DNA of 60,696 nucleotides from an uncultured Candidatus Saccharibacteria bacterium (GCA_964528735.1 CAZGUV010000002.1:23202-83897), one strand, 5' to 3'. Shown: positions 43,708 to 56,405, numbered from the stretch's first letter. Notes: generated by a model not told the origin, from the letters alone. Numbers and translations: made by a program.

Positions 43708-45056
43708 ATTCGTTCTATTAATGCTTTGTGTAATGATACAACAGATTGCTTTGCGCTACTTTCGTGAACAAGAAACGTCACGCTCGTCCCTGATGCAGAC
43801 TCTGAAATCATACGTACCGGTATATTTTCTCTATCGAACACATGGCAGGCATCGCGAATGACCCGGGCATTGTTCATTTGTGCTCCTACTGCACAAACGA
43901 CAGCGCAGTCTTTGCTAACCTCAACACGACCAATTTGCGAAAGCTCCTTTACGAGCTTGTCCGTGTGAAGACTTGAAGCATAGCTACACGAGACACTTAC
44001 TACTGATGTCGAAATCACATCTACCGAAACTCGATTCTTCTCAAACACACTGAATATGCGCGCCATGAGACCGCTTCCATCATAAAAATCTGGTGTATGG
44101 AGCGTAACAACGGTAGTCCCTTTTGTGGCACTTATTGCTTTTGCCTTGCCGGCGCTATTTTCAGGTATTGATGATGTAATCAAGGTACCTTCACCATCAG
44201 GCTTGAATGTATTTAATACTCGTATAGGCACCTTTTGTAGCATTGCAGGGAGCATTGTCTTGGGGTGCAGAACTTTTGCGCCGAAGTACGCAAGTTCACT
44301 TGCCTCTTCGTAGTGGAGTGTTGGTATGAGGCGAGCATGAGGTACCACTCGCGGGTCAGTCGAAAGTACGCCATCCACTTCTTTCCATATTTGAATTTCG
44401 CGAGCTCGTAATGCCCCACCGATAATAGCTGTAGTGTAATCAGAACCTCCTCTTCCAAGCGTTGTGATTTTTCCTGACTTCGTCTTACCTATAAAGCCTG
44501 TTATTACAGGGATTTCATTCTTAATGCTCGATATTTTCTTTTGTAACATGCGCGGAGACTCCAGCAATGGCTCAGAATTGCCATGAACCGTTGTTGTGCA
44601 CATACCCACATCCCACGCATCGTACGCGCGCGCCTTATTTCCTGTGCTCTGAATAGCAGCTGCAACAATCCGTGAAGACATTCTCTCTCCAAAAGAGACT
44701 ACTGTATCGCGATACTGAGGGTAGTTCCTCGGGGTCTTTTTCTTAGTGATTGAATACAAATCGGCAAGTAGTGCATCTATAAGCGACGTCTCCATGTCGA
44801 GCGAATCGAGTATTGCATAGTGAAGATGGGCAATCTTTTTGAACAACGCCTCTTTGTGCTGCGGCCGAGTACTCTGTGAAAGCTCAACAAGTAAATCAGT
44901 AACTCCAGCAACCGCTGAGACAACCACCACTGGTTTTTGTCTTATGCGCTGGGTGACTATTTGTGCTACTTGCCTGATACTTTCCGCAGTTCCAACAGAT
45001 GTCCCTCCGAATTTCATTACTATCATAGAATCAACAATTACCCTGTAATGACTCAC
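43704..45056 (-). CDS. Aspartate kinase
   Basis: MKFGGTSVG and C-terminal ACT-type repeats. The likely start is the Met at 45026. There is a 4-nt ATGA overlap with asd. Confidence 0.85.
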   Translation of the reverse strand: MSHYRVIVDSMIVMKFGGTSVGTAESIRQVAQIVTQRIRQKPVVVVSAVAGVTDLLVELSQSTRPQHKEALFKKIAHLHYAILDSLDMETSLIDALLADLYSITKKKTPRNYPQYRDTVVSFGERMSSRIVAAAIQSTGNKARAYDAWDVGMCTTTVHGNSEPLLESPRMLQKKISSIKNEIPVITGFIGKTKSGKITTLGRGGSDYTTAIIGGALRAREIQIWKEVDGVLSTDPRVVPHARLIPTLHYEEASELAYFGAKVLHPKTMLPAMLQKVPIRVLNTFKPDGEGTLITSSIPENSAGKAKAISATKGTTVVTLHTPDFYDGSGLMARIFSVFEKNRVSVDVISTSVVSVSCSYASSLHTDKLVKELSQIGRVEVSKDCAVVCAVGAQMNNARVIRDACHVFDRENIPVRMISESASGTSVTFLVHESSAKQSVVSLHKALIERI

Positions 45057-45195
45057 ATGCGTGAGTTGTTGTGGAGCGTGCTCCTTCTATGCAGCGCTTC
45101 TGACGACGGGAAGAATTCTTCTGTCGGAATGATCGTGCTTTTTTAACTCTAGCATGTAATCAGTAGAATTCAATCCTTTGTGATACACTTTCGCT

Positions 45196-46218
45196 ATGAA
45201 GACGGCGCGCATCGCAATTATTGGGAATGGGAATATCGGCAAGACACTTGCAGAGCGTGCTCAAGATATCGGACACCACATAACAGCTCTGATAAGTCGC
45301 TCTGAATTTATAGATCACGCTGGTAGCACCATACAGCACTCATTCGAAAGCCTCTCAACATTTTTGGAGCAATACCCTGATGGACGTCCTGAAATTCTGT
45401 GTGTAGCGATACCGACTTTAGACACTGGTGAGATTGCAGCTCAAATCATAACTGAAGCACTTTCTCGCGGGATTCATGTCGTTACCTGTGAGAAGGGTTC
45501 GCTTTCATACCACGCAGACACACTTCTGCCCCTGACAACAGATGCGATGCTTCGCTTTTCTGCTTCAGTAGGAGGAGGAACAATGATGCTACCTTATATG
45601 CAGATGAGGAACATGCATGAACGCATTATCCAGATGGACGCAGTTATTAATGGAACGTGCAATTTCATCTTCCATCAAACAGCGCAAGGTGGGCGCACGC
45701 TCGGAGAAGCATGTGACGAAGCTGCACGACTCGGATATGCGGAGCCCGGCAGTAAAGAGCCACTAAGCCTTATAAATGGTGAATTGAAGGATGTTCGAAT
45801 GAAAACCTGTGTGTTGTTTAACACAGTTCTGGCACAGAAACTACGTATTACACCTCGCGACTTAGGTTCCCTTTCTCTTAACGAGGCAACATTGGATGAA
45901 CTCAGTAGGCAGTCAGGAAGTGTACGGTTGGTTGTTCAGTTTACCAACTCGGAAAGCGCAAAAATTGCACAGTACAGTGGATGTCAATTTATTACCTCAG
46001 TTGATGGTTGGACAATCCAAGGTGGCTTTCGCAATCTCCAGAAAGAGCCAGAACTGCTCCAGTGGCTTCCAGGAGGTGTGGGGAACGCGATTCATATCAC
46101 TGAGGGCAAGCTTGGAAGTGGCGGTAGGTACACCCTCATGGGGCCTGGTGCTGGTGCAGAGGCAACCACATCAGCCATGCTGAATGATATTCACGAAATA
46201 CTAACAAGTCGAGGCTAA
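45196..46218 (+). CDS. Homoserine dehydrogenase-like NAD(P)-dependent oxidoreductase
   Basis: IAIIGNGNIGKT Rossmann motif, and INGTCNFI...ACDEAARLGYAEP resembling the Hom catalytic domain. Confidence 0.55.
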   Translation: MKTARIAIIGNGNIGKTLAERAQDIGHHITALISRSEFIDHAGSTIQHSFESLSTFLEQYPDGRPEILCVAIPTLDTGEIAAQIITEALSRGIHVVTCEKGSLSYHADTLLPLTTDAMLRFSASVGGGTMMLPYMQMRNMHERIIQMDAVINGTCNFIFHQTAQGGRTLGEACDEAARLGYAEPGSKEPLSLINGELKDVRMKTCVLFNTVLAQKLRITPRDLGSLSLNEATLDELSRQSGSVRLVVQFTNSESAKIAQYSGCQFITSVDGWTIQGGFRNLQKEPELLQWLPGGVGNAIHITEGKLGSGGRYTLMGPGAGAEATTSAMLNDIHEILTSRG

Positions 46219-46283
46219 ATCCTTTACATTTTATAGAAATGCGTTAGAGTATAAATCACTAATTCATAACAATACCTAAAGAG

Positions 46284-47681
46284 ATGAAACGCGCGCGTGC
46301 ATCTGCACACAAACATGCGAAGAATGGTTTCAGAAAAATGTGGAAACTCGGCATTGAGGAGGTAAACACAGGAATGTTTGATATAAGTGACGATGGTTCA
46401 CTTATTGTACGTGAAGGAAACTACCAATACAACGTACACGATATTGTAAAAAAGTACGGTACGTCTACCGAAATCCTCTTCCCTACAATAATTGAGAATA
46501 GAGTGAGAGACATGATCGAGACATTTAACGCATATATAAAAGTTCTTGGATATAAGGGTAAATACCACTACCACTACCCAATGAAGGTCAACCAAAACCG
46601 TGAGTTTGTGCTTCCTGCAGTTGCTGAAGGCGCAAACCTTGAAGTTGCATCAGCGAACGAGCTTTTTCTTGTAAAGAGAATGATAGAACAGAGCAAGTTC
46701 ACGAATAAAATTCGCGTTTTGTGCAATGGACCGAAGACTGAACGCTACATTGAACTCATCGAAGAACTTAAATCAAAAGGCCTTGTGGTCATACCAATCA
46801 TCGAGGATCACACTGAGCTCGAGCGAATGAAGCGCTTCAAAGGTGAAGTTGGTATACGTGTTGACTTAAACATTAAAGTGGATAGTCATTGGGACAAGCG
46901 ATTCAACCGCTTTGGATTTACTGAGGACGAACTGCTTGGACTTGGCACCATTAAGAATCTCTCGATTCTCCACTACCACATCTCAAGTCAAATCGAACAT
47001 GTTGACGGGCTCATCAGGCCACTCCAGAGAGCACTTGAATTGTACGCAAAAATGCGCCCCAAAAACCCAGGGCTCGACACTCTCGATATTGGTGGAGGCG
47101 CAGGAATCCCATACAACAAGAACAAGCAACTCTACAACACGAAAAATCTTATCCAGCGAATAGTTAAAACAGCGAAAGTAACGTGTGATAAGCTCAACGT
47201 TAAACATCCGGCGCTTATATCTGAATGGGGACGATATGCAGTAGCTCCAGCACAAATAACAATCTACAAAGTAATTGCAGAAAAGGACATAGCACTCAAA
47301 GACAAGCATAAGTGGTATGTTGTTGACGGCAGCTTTATGAATGATTTGACTGATACTTGGGCACTCCACCAGAAATGGCACATAATACCTGTGAACAGTA
47401 TGAAGCATCATAAATTGCAACATACATGGCTTGCCGGTAGTTCGTGTGACAGTGATGATAAATACACAGCGGGCGGTACATCAATACCTCTGCCAAAACT
47501 ATCCGACACAGACAATGGTCTCTATATTGCTGTGCTTGATACAGGAGCATACCAAGATTCACTCGCTTCTCACCACTGCATGCTCTCATCACCGCTCAAG
47601 CTTCTTGCAAGTAATGGTGAAATAAAGGTTATCCGCAAGCGAGAAGCCCCAGAAGATGTCGGGAGACAGTTTGGTTGGTAG
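46284..47681 (+). CDS. speA: Arginine decarboxylase-like PLP enzyme (short SpeA type, Orn/DAP/Arg decarboxylase family 2)
   Basis: YPMKVNQNREF matches the SpeA PLP-lysine motif YPIKVNQ. GGGAGIPY and CDSDD are also present. Confidence 0.7.
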   Translation: MKRARASAHKHAKNGFRKMWKLGIEEVNTGMFDISDDGSLIVREGNYQYNVHDIVKKYGTSTEILFPTIIENRVRDMIETFNAYIKVLGYKGKYHYHYPMKVNQNREFVLPAVAEGANLEVASANELFLVKRMIEQSKFTNKIRVLCNGPKTERYIELIEELKSKGLVVIPIIEDHTELERMKRFKGEVGIRVDLNIKVDSHWDKRFNRFGFTEDELLGLGTIKNLSILHYHISSQIEHVDGLIRPLQRALELYAKMRPKNPGLDTLDIGGGAGIPYNKNKQLYNTKNLIQRIVKTAKVTCDKLNVKHPALISEWGRYAVAPAQITIYKVIAEKDIALKDKHKWYVVDGSFMNDLTDTWALHQKWHIIPVNSMKHHKLQHTWLAGSSCDSDDKYTAGGTSIPLPKLSDTDNGLYIAVLDTGAYQDSLASHHCMLSSPLKLLASNGEIKVIRKREAPEDVGRQFGW

Positions 47682-47684
47682 ATA

Positions 47685-48581
47685 CTAGAGACCTGGAACT
47701 GCCTGCTTTGGGTACAAAGGGTATTTCTCCTTATCGATTGTTCGCTGAAAACATACTTCTCCGTCCGTATGCTCCCAGTAGTTGAGCGGATCGTACGAAA
47801 CATCTGTAGACATGTTTCTTTGTGTCGTCTTGAATGTTGCACACAATTCAAACTGTGTCTCGGCCTTTACTGTGTAGCGTATCTTATTCGAATCAGTTAC
47901 GGGAGCTTTGTAACCAGAAAATGGGTCATTGAGCTCATTGAGTGATTGTGGCAGTGCACCCTTTCTCTGCCAAGTATCGGTTATTTGGTATTGGATGTTT
48001 TGTAATTCTGAGACCAGTTGCCTATCTTCGGATGCCTTTCTCATGTATGCAGGTGAGCCGACGATAGCAAAAATAAGACATACGGTTCCAACTACTGAAA
48101 GGCCGATTGCCATACCGACAAGTTCTGATTTTTTCTGGTTATCAGACCAAAACCCTGAAATCTCTTTCTTGTAGTACCAAAAGCACGCAACGAGTATACA
48201 TGCTGCGCTCAGCGCCTTTAGTATAAACGAGCTTGTGAATTCCTCTCCGTAGAGAAATGACGATAGAACAATAAATAGATCTATCGCAATGGTAAGCGCA
48301 GAGAGGAACAAAATCGCATACAGTGACCATGTTCGAATCCACAACTTCTTAAGCTCTGCTTCAGCACGCTCAGCGTTGTGAATTTTTCTGACCAGCCAAA
48401 CATACAAAGGGAATGCGATTATCAGCGCTGCAGCTGAAGTTTGTATTGATGAATGTTCGGGATACCCAACAGATAGTGCATCGATAAGTCCGAACCATAT
48501 AGTAACCAATGAGGTGCAGCTTATAATAAGTGACACAAGGAGCCCTACCCAGAGGAAGAATAAACGTGCTGTGTTGTTCAT
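47685..48581 (-). CDS. Polytopic membrane protein with a C-terminal pilin-like globular domain (DUF5671-like N-terminus)
   Basis: Five or six TM segments are followed by EDRQLVSELQNIQYQITDTWQRKGALPQSLNEL, which resembles the alpha1-C region of CPR pilins. Confidence 0.45.
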   Translation of the reverse strand: MNNTARLFFLWVGLLVSLIISCTSLVTIWFGLIDALSVGYPEHSSIQTSAAALIIAFPLYVWLVRKIHNAERAEAELKKLWIRTWSLYAILFLSALTIAIDLFIVLSSFLYGEEFTSSFILKALSAACILVACFWYYKKEISGFWSDNQKKSELVGMAIGLSVVGTVCLIFAIVGSPAYMRKASEDRQLVSELQNIQYQITDTWQRKGALPQSLNELNDPFSGYKAPVTDSNKIRYTVKAETQFELCATFKTTQRNMSTDVSYDPLNYWEHTDGEVCFQRTIDKEKYPLYPKQAVPGL

Positions 48582-48596
48582 ACCCCTTATAGTACC

Positions 48597-49697
48597 CTAA
48601 CCGTGGCGAAATTCCATAACGTCACCATCTTTGACTACATACTCCTTACCTTCTGTACGTAATTTGCCTGTGTCTCGCGCGAGTGCCCATGAACCGGCAG
48701 TTTCGAGGTCTCTCCAGAAAACTGTCTCTGCGCGTATGAATTTTTGCTTAAAATCAGTATGGATGACTCCTGCCGCATCAGGAGCTGTAGCACCTACTGG
48801 AATTGTCCACGCCCTCGTTTCATCCTCACCAGTTGTAAAGAATGACTGAAGAGAAAGTAATGCGTAGCCAGTCTTGATAAGATTATCGAGACCATTCTCA
48901 TGTACACCAAATTCACCTCGAAACATTTCTCGCTCATCAGAAGACACATCTTTTAAGTTTCTTTCGACACCCACATCAACCTTGACTGAAAGTGAGCCTG
49001 ACTGCTCTATAAATGCGGCGAGCTCCTTGTATCGAGGATCGTTTGCTTCATCTAGATTGTACGCACCTGCCTTTTTGTTCAGCACATACATTATAGGCTT
49101 CATAGTTAGCAACTGAAGCCCATCAACATGGAGCTTCTCAGACTCATTAAGGTGAATTGTAGATGCAAGCTTCCCTGACTCAAGTGCAGATGAGATTTTC
49201 TTAAGAACAACATCAAGCTCAATTGCTAGCTTGTCCCCGCGCTTCACATCTTTACCATTTGTCTCGATTCGTTTTGACACGACCTGCATGTCAGCAAGGA
49301 CAAGTTCTAGATTGATGACTTCGATGTCTCTCATTGGGTCAACAGAACCGTGCACATGAGTGATGTCAGCGTCATCGAATATTCGTACCACCTCTGCTAT
49401 CGCATCAACTTCCCGAATATTTGAAAGAAACTTGTTTCCTAGACCTTCCCCTTCTGATGCCCCTTTGACCAGGCCAGCAATGTCAACAAATTCCACAACC
49501 GCAGGTATGACTTTCGCGCTCTTGGAAAGACGGGCAAGTACATCAAGACGGGGGTCAGGTACAGGGACAATACCCACCGATGGATCTATGGTACAAAAAG
49601 GATAATTTTCAGCGGGCACAGACTTTTCTGTAAGTGCGTTGAATAGGGTCGATTTTCCAACATTTGGCAAACCAACGATTCCAATTGAAAGTGACAT
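48597..49697 (-). CDS. ychF: Ribosome-binding ATPase YchF
   Basis: GIVGLPNVGKSTLFNALT P-loop and a TGS-like C-terminus. Confidence 0.9.
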   Translation of the reverse strand: MSLSIGIVGLPNVGKSTLFNALTEKSVPAENYPFCTIDPSVGIVPVPDPRLDVLARLSKSAKVIPAVVEFVDIAGLVKGASEGEGLGNKFLSNIREVDAIAEVVRIFDDADITHVHGSVDPMRDIEVINLELVLADMQVVSKRIETNGKDVKRGDKLAIELDVVLKKISSALESGKLASTIHLNESEKLHVDGLQLLTMKPIMYVLNKKAGAYNLDEANDPRYKELAAFIEQSGSLSVKVDVGVERNLKDVSSDEREMFRGEFGVHENGLDNLIKTGYALLSLQSFFTTGEDETRAWTIPVGATAPDAAGVIHTDFKQKFIRAETVFWRDLETAGSWALARDTGKLRTEGKEYVVKDGDVMEFRHG

Positions 49698-49731
49698 CGG
49701 CGTATTGTATACAAAAGAGCCAAAAATGCTA

Positions 49732-49762
49732 ATAAAAAGGTCGCATTCGTGCGATGCGACCC
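49732..49762 (-). terminator. Intrinsic terminator
   Basis: The minus strand reads GGTCGCAT-CGCACGA-ATGCGACC followed by TTTTTT. Confidence 0.6.
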
Positions 49763-49769
49763 TCAGAAC

Positions 49770-49913
49770 TCAGAGCGTTGTCTTGCGCTTTCTCTTCTTG
49801 ATTCTGTCAATCCACTCGATGATTGCTGGCAATGCGCACGCAAAGCCACCTACCATAAAAGAGAGTACGAGCGCCGTACCAAACCCTCCGAGGTTATCAA
49901 GGAGCATCTCCAT
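49770..49913 (-). CDS. Unlisted 47-aa single-TM protein
   Basis: Manual translation gives MEMLLDNLGGFGTALVLSFMVGGFACALPAIIEWIDRIKKRKRKTTL. A GAGAGG SD lies upstream and a terminator immediately downstream. Confidence 0.35.
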   Translation of the reverse strand: MEMLLDNLGGFGTALVLSFMVGGFACALPAIIEWIDRIKKRKRKTTL

Positions 49914-49971
49914 GCTAAAACCTCTCAGTTCAGTAGCAAAATACAACCATGAATAGAATTATATGCAAGTC

Positions 49972-50232
49972 TTAGAAAGGCCTCTGTTTTATGTGTTGTG
50001 CTTGCGGGCCAAGTACCTCTTGGAGTTGCTTTTGATATTTCTTCATAACTTGCATCATTGCAAACATCTGGTGCTCGCCTTTTTTTGTGCGCTCTTCCAT
50101 TTCTTTCGCTATAGTTGTGAAAAGCTCTGGATTCTTTTCAATCAAACCTTGAATCATTTCCTGCATCTCTGGAGAGACGCCCTTCATCTGACTCTGTACT
50201 ACTTTTTTTGTAAGCCACGATTTTATACCCAT
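49972..50232 (-). CDS. Hypothetical Met/Lys/Glu-rich 86-aa protein
   Basis: ORF on the prevailing coding strand, predicted helical, no motifs recognised. Confidence 0.4.
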   Translation of the reverse strand: MGIKSWLTKKVVQSQMKGVSPEMQEMIQGLIEKNPELFTTIAKEMEERTKKGEHQMFAMMQVMKKYQKQLQEVLGPQAQHIKQRPF

Positions 50233-50267
50233 TGCGGTATAGTATATGAACTATTGAGTTCTGCAAC

Positions 50268-51071
50268 TTACCATCGTGGCCACCACCATGTCAGTCCTAA
50301 AAATGTACGACGTCGACCGATTTTTGTTCTTGTGATTGAGTATGCGAGTGCGGGGGTGCCCAGTTGCTTGCCAATGTGTTCAGAAAGAGTCCTCATATAT
50401 GTGCCCGAGCCACAGACGCAATGTATAGTGAGTATGCAAAAGCTGCGGCTGCTTGTCGCAAAAAAATCTTCCCATGCTTTTCGTGCTTTCGGCTCCCTCA
50501 GGTTTTTACATTCATCATCGGTAGCAAACCCTCTGAGGTCGTCAAGACGATTGCGCACATACTCCATCACCTGAGCCGAAGTAGCCCACTCTTCGCCTAC
50601 AAGTCGTATCGACTGGATGTGTGTTTTAGTCAGTGGCAATTCAATCTCTTCTGCCTTTCCTTCTCGCGCCCATTGGTGCAATGGCTTACCCTGAACTGTT
50701 TTTGAAGAGAACTTTGGGTACGGCCATGTGTGGTAGCCGACGAACGAAGCAACAATTTTTTGGACGGACTGAGTATGATTTGTCGGCACATCACTCTGCG
50801 CAGTAATTAGGCCGAGCACGTCACCAGTATCAGTCGATACTCCGAGTAGAACACGCACTTCGTATTGCTTATCCAATGAGCGATAGTGTTTTTCCTTTTT
50901 GCATTCATCACCAACGAGGATAAGTATCTTCCCCTGGGCCATAGGATCCAGGCGTCCTGAATATGTAAGCGGCACAGACTCCGGAATCACGTACCTCATT
51001 CTAAACCGCCTCAGAGCTTGTAGTGGTGTTTCACCAACCTTTTTCCATATCACGCCCGTCTTCATATACAC
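50268..51071 (-). CDS. truB: tRNA pseudouridine synthase (TruB family)
   Basis: SGRLDPMAQGKILILVG (catalytic Asp motif) and GTYMRTLSEHIG. Confidence 0.75.
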   Translation of the reverse strand: MYMKTGVIWKKVGETPLQALRRFRMRYVIPESVPLTYSGRLDPMAQGKILILVGDECKKEKHYRSLDKQYEVRVLLGVSTDTGDVLGLITAQSDVPTNHTQSVQKIVASFVGYHTWPYPKFSSKTVQGKPLHQWAREGKAEEIELPLTKTHIQSIRLVGEEWATSAQVMEYVRNRLDDLRGFATDDECKNLREPKARKAWEDFFATSSRSFCILTIHCVCGSGTYMRTLSEHIGKQLGTPALAYSITRTKIGRRRTFLGLTWWWPRW

Positions 51072-51083
51072 ACTATACCAGTC

Positions 51084-51397
51084 TTAGGTGCTGTGCTGTC
51101 TTTTAACGACTGCAACCTGAGCTTCGATTGAGTCATTTGAAGCTACCTTATTGCGCTTTTTGTGTGCACATCGTGTACACGTGTGGGTAATAATAGTCTC
51201 TTGGCCTTCAGTTTCAATAGCAGTAGGTTCCATAAGCGCACCACAGCCTGCAGATCTGTCTCCTGGATTTATATCAACATGCTTGCTCCATAAACAATGA
51301 CGACAATGGTTTGTGTAACCATTGCCGATTGTTGTGTCTCCACAATGTTCACAGACAAAATCTTCCTTTACTCGGACAAATTTCTTCGGCCCTGTCA

Positions 51398-51398
<1 letters not shown>
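51084..51398 (-). CDS. RNHCP-domain-like zinc-ribbon protein
   Basis: FVCEHCG...YTNHCRHCLWSKHVD...CGALMEP...CTRCAH. The start ATG shares one base with the atpC stop (TAATG). Confidence 0.55.
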
Positions 51399-53949
<2,551 letters not shown>

Positions 53950-53954
53950 ACGTT

Positions 53955-55517
53955 TTACTTAGCGAATTCAGGGTGAGCATCCTTGAATCGTGTGAATGCC
54001 TCGTCAAGCTTCTTCTTAGTCTCATCCTCAAGTTTTGTAGATGATTTAATATCAGCAAGCAATGGAGCATGTTGGTTGTGGAGATACTCGAGCAATGCAG
54101 CTTCCATTTTACTGATATTTGCAACTGGCATTGCGTTAAACACACCAGATATTGCAGCGTAGAGTGTAATCACTTGCTCCTCAAATCCGAGCGGTTTATT
54201 GTTTTTTTGCTTTAGAACTTCCACCATTCGACGACCTGAGTCAATTCGTTTTGCTGTTGCTTCATCAAGGTCCTGAGCAAACTGCATGAATGCCTCAAGT
54301 TCACGAAACTGCGCGAGCTCAAGTCTGAGAGTTCCTGCTACAGATTTCATCGCCTTTGTTTGTGCTGAAGACCCCACTCGAGAGACAGAAGTACCGACGT
54401 TTACAGCAGGGCGGATACCCTTGTTAAAAAGGTCCGCTTCAAGAAAGATTTGTCCATCTGTAATTGAGATAACGTTAGTTGGAATATATGCAGAAATATC
54501 ACCTTCCTGAGTTTCGATGATAGGAAGTGCAGTGAGTGAACCAGCTCCCTTCTCATCAGAGAGTTTTGCAGCACGCTCAAGCAATCGTGAGTGTAGATAG
54601 AAAATATCTCCAGGGTACGCTTCACGTCCAGGTGGGCGTCTCAAGAGAAGTGACATCTCACGGTATGCAACTGCTTGTTTTGATAGATCGTCATAGATAA
54701 CAATCGCGTGCTTGCCTTGATCCATGAAAAATTCTCCGATTGCAGCACCGGTGAATGGAGCAAGAAATTGCATTGGAGCAGGAGATGACGCAGGAGCTGA
54801 GACGATAACAGTGTACTCAAGAGCACCAGCTTCCTGAAGCTGTGCCATGATGCGCGCAGTCTTACTCTCCTTCTGACCTACCGCAACATAAATGCAAATC
54901 GGTCGTTTCTCTTTTGGTTCGTTTTTCTGGTTGATGATTGTATCGATTGCAATCGTAGTCTTTCCTGTTGAGCGATCACCAATGATGAGTTCACGCTGAC
55001 CTCGTCCGATTGGAATCATAGAGTCAATCGCTTTTATTCCTGTGTGCATAGGTTCATGCACTGACTTTCGATCCATAACACCGTATGCTTGTCGCTCTAC
55101 AGGAACAAAAGTAGGGTTCTGAATCGCACCCTTACCATCAACTGGCTCTGCGAGTGCAGAGAGTACTCGTCCTGCAACTGCATCAGAGACTGGTATTGAA
55201 AGCACACGACCCGTTGAAACAACGGTCATGCCCTCGCGCACCTTACTTACATCTCCTAGGACCACAATCTTCACAGCCTCCTCTTCAAGGTTGAGCACGA
55301 GGCCGAAGAGTGCTTCGGCATCTTGCATTGATTCCTTGAGTGACTTTCCGTCAGATGATTCGAAACGAACCATTTCCATCATCATTGCATTCGCAAGGCC
55401 CTCAACCTCTGCGACTCCGTCACCCACCCGCACAACAGTACCAATACTGTCGTTTTGTGCAGAAGGTGCGAAGTTCTGTATCTCTTTCTTTATCTTTTCA
55501 ATAATTACTGTGTCCAT
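53955..55517 (-). CDS. atpA: ATP synthase alpha subunit
   Basis: GDRSTGKT Walker A. Length 520 aa. Confidence 0.95.
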   Translation of the reverse strand: MDTVIIEKIKKEIQNFAPSAQNDSIGTVVRVGDGVAEVEGLANAMMMEMVRFESSDGKSLKESMQDAEALFGLVLNLEEEAVKIVVLGDVSKVREGMTVVSTGRVLSIPVSDAVAGRVLSALAEPVDGKGAIQNPTFVPVERQAYGVMDRKSVHEPMHTGIKAIDSMIPIGRGQRELIIGDRSTGKTTIAIDTIINQKNEPKEKRPICIYVAVGQKESKTARIMAQLQEAGALEYTVIVSAPASSPAPMQFLAPFTGAAIGEFFMDQGKHAIVIYDDLSKQAVAYREMSLLLRRPPGREAYPGDIFYLHSRLLERAAKLSDEKGAGSLTALPIIETQEGDISAYIPTNVISITDGQIFLEADLFNKGIRPAVNVGTSVSRVGSSAQTKAMKSVAGTLRLELAQFRELEAFMQFAQDLDEATAKRIDSGRRMVEVLKQKNNKPLGFEEQVITLYAAISGVFNAMPVANISKMEAALLEYLHNQHAPLLADIKSSTKLEDETKKKLDEAFTRFKDAHPEFAK

Positions 55518-55543
55518 AGGAATGTATAAATAAATAATGTAAT

Positions 55544-55927
55544 TTACTCACCACGAGATTCAGACGTGATGTTGTGATAGAGCTTCAAAAGTGCACCCTT
55601 ATGACTTGCGTCATGACGTGTGTCACTTGTTCTAACTATGTAACCACCAATTAAGGTAGTGTCGACGACGATGCGCGTGTCTTTTTTGTCTAAGCTTGGA
55701 TGAGACGCAAATGCGGCGGATGCCTCGTCTTCATGCGCCACAATGAGTGTTGTCTTCTTTTGCACTGCTTGCGCCATAATGCGCTCGTAGGCATACAACA
55801 CTCGAGGAAGCAGTCGTAATGCACCCTTTCGTTTAAGAAAAGCAATGAGTGATTCCACAGCAGAGTGTGCCTCAGTTCCAGACTGAATCGTGCTCTTAAG
55901 TGCCTGTGCTACGTCATCTGCTTTCAT
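55544..55927 (-). CDS. atpH: ATP synthase delta (OSCP) subunit, short form (127 aa)
   Basis: C-terminal [28 protein letters not shown] matches the OSCP C-terminus. It occupies the position between atpF and atpA. Confidence 0.7.
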   Translation of the reverse strand: MKADDVAQALKSTIQSGTEAHSAVESLIAFLKRKGALRLLPRVLYAYERIMAQAVQKKTTLIVAHEDEASAAFASHPSLDKKDTRIVVDTTLIGGYIVRTSDTRHDASHKGALLKLYHNITSESRGE

Positions 55928-55932
55928 ACGAA

Positions 55933-56394
55933 TTAGTTAACTTTCTTTCCCGTTTCGCCGCGAAGTATCTTCTCGGCAACGAGAATAGCAGCCTTTGCTA
56001 TTTCCTCTCTACTCTCTCTCATTGCCTTATCTTTTGTTTCTGCAGCTCTCATTTCAGCGTCGCGGGCTACTGAGAGTGCTTTATCCTCTGCGCTTGATAG
56101 AATCTGCGCACCTTTTTCTTCTGCACGCACCTGTGCTTGCGCGATGATTGAATCTCCCTCGCGTGTTGCATCGGCTATAATGATTCTACCCTGCGACTCA
56201 GCTTGCTTATTCTTCTGTGCAGCCTCTTCTGCATCCTTAACTCCTTGCTCAATGACACGCTTTCGCTCATCAAGCATATTCATCACCGGCCCATAGAGAA
56301 ATCGCTTCAAGACATACAAAAGTATGCCGAAGTTTACTATCTGTATGACGAGTAGTTTCCAGTCAAGTCCGAATGTGCTGATAAGTTCGTTCAT
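55933..56394 (-). CDS. atpF: ATP synthase b subunit
   Basis: Single N-terminal TM followed by a long charged helix, in the operon position expected for atpF. Confidence 0.8.
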   Translation of the reverse strand: MNELISTFGLDWKLLVIQIVNFGILLYVLKRFLYGPVMNMLDERKRVIEQGVKDAEEAAQKNKQAESQGRIIIADATREGDSIIAQAQVRAEEKGAQILSSAEDKALSVARDAEMRAAETKDKAMRESREEIAKAAILVAEKILRGETGKKVN

Positions 56395-56405
56395 ATATCA
56401 GAGAC

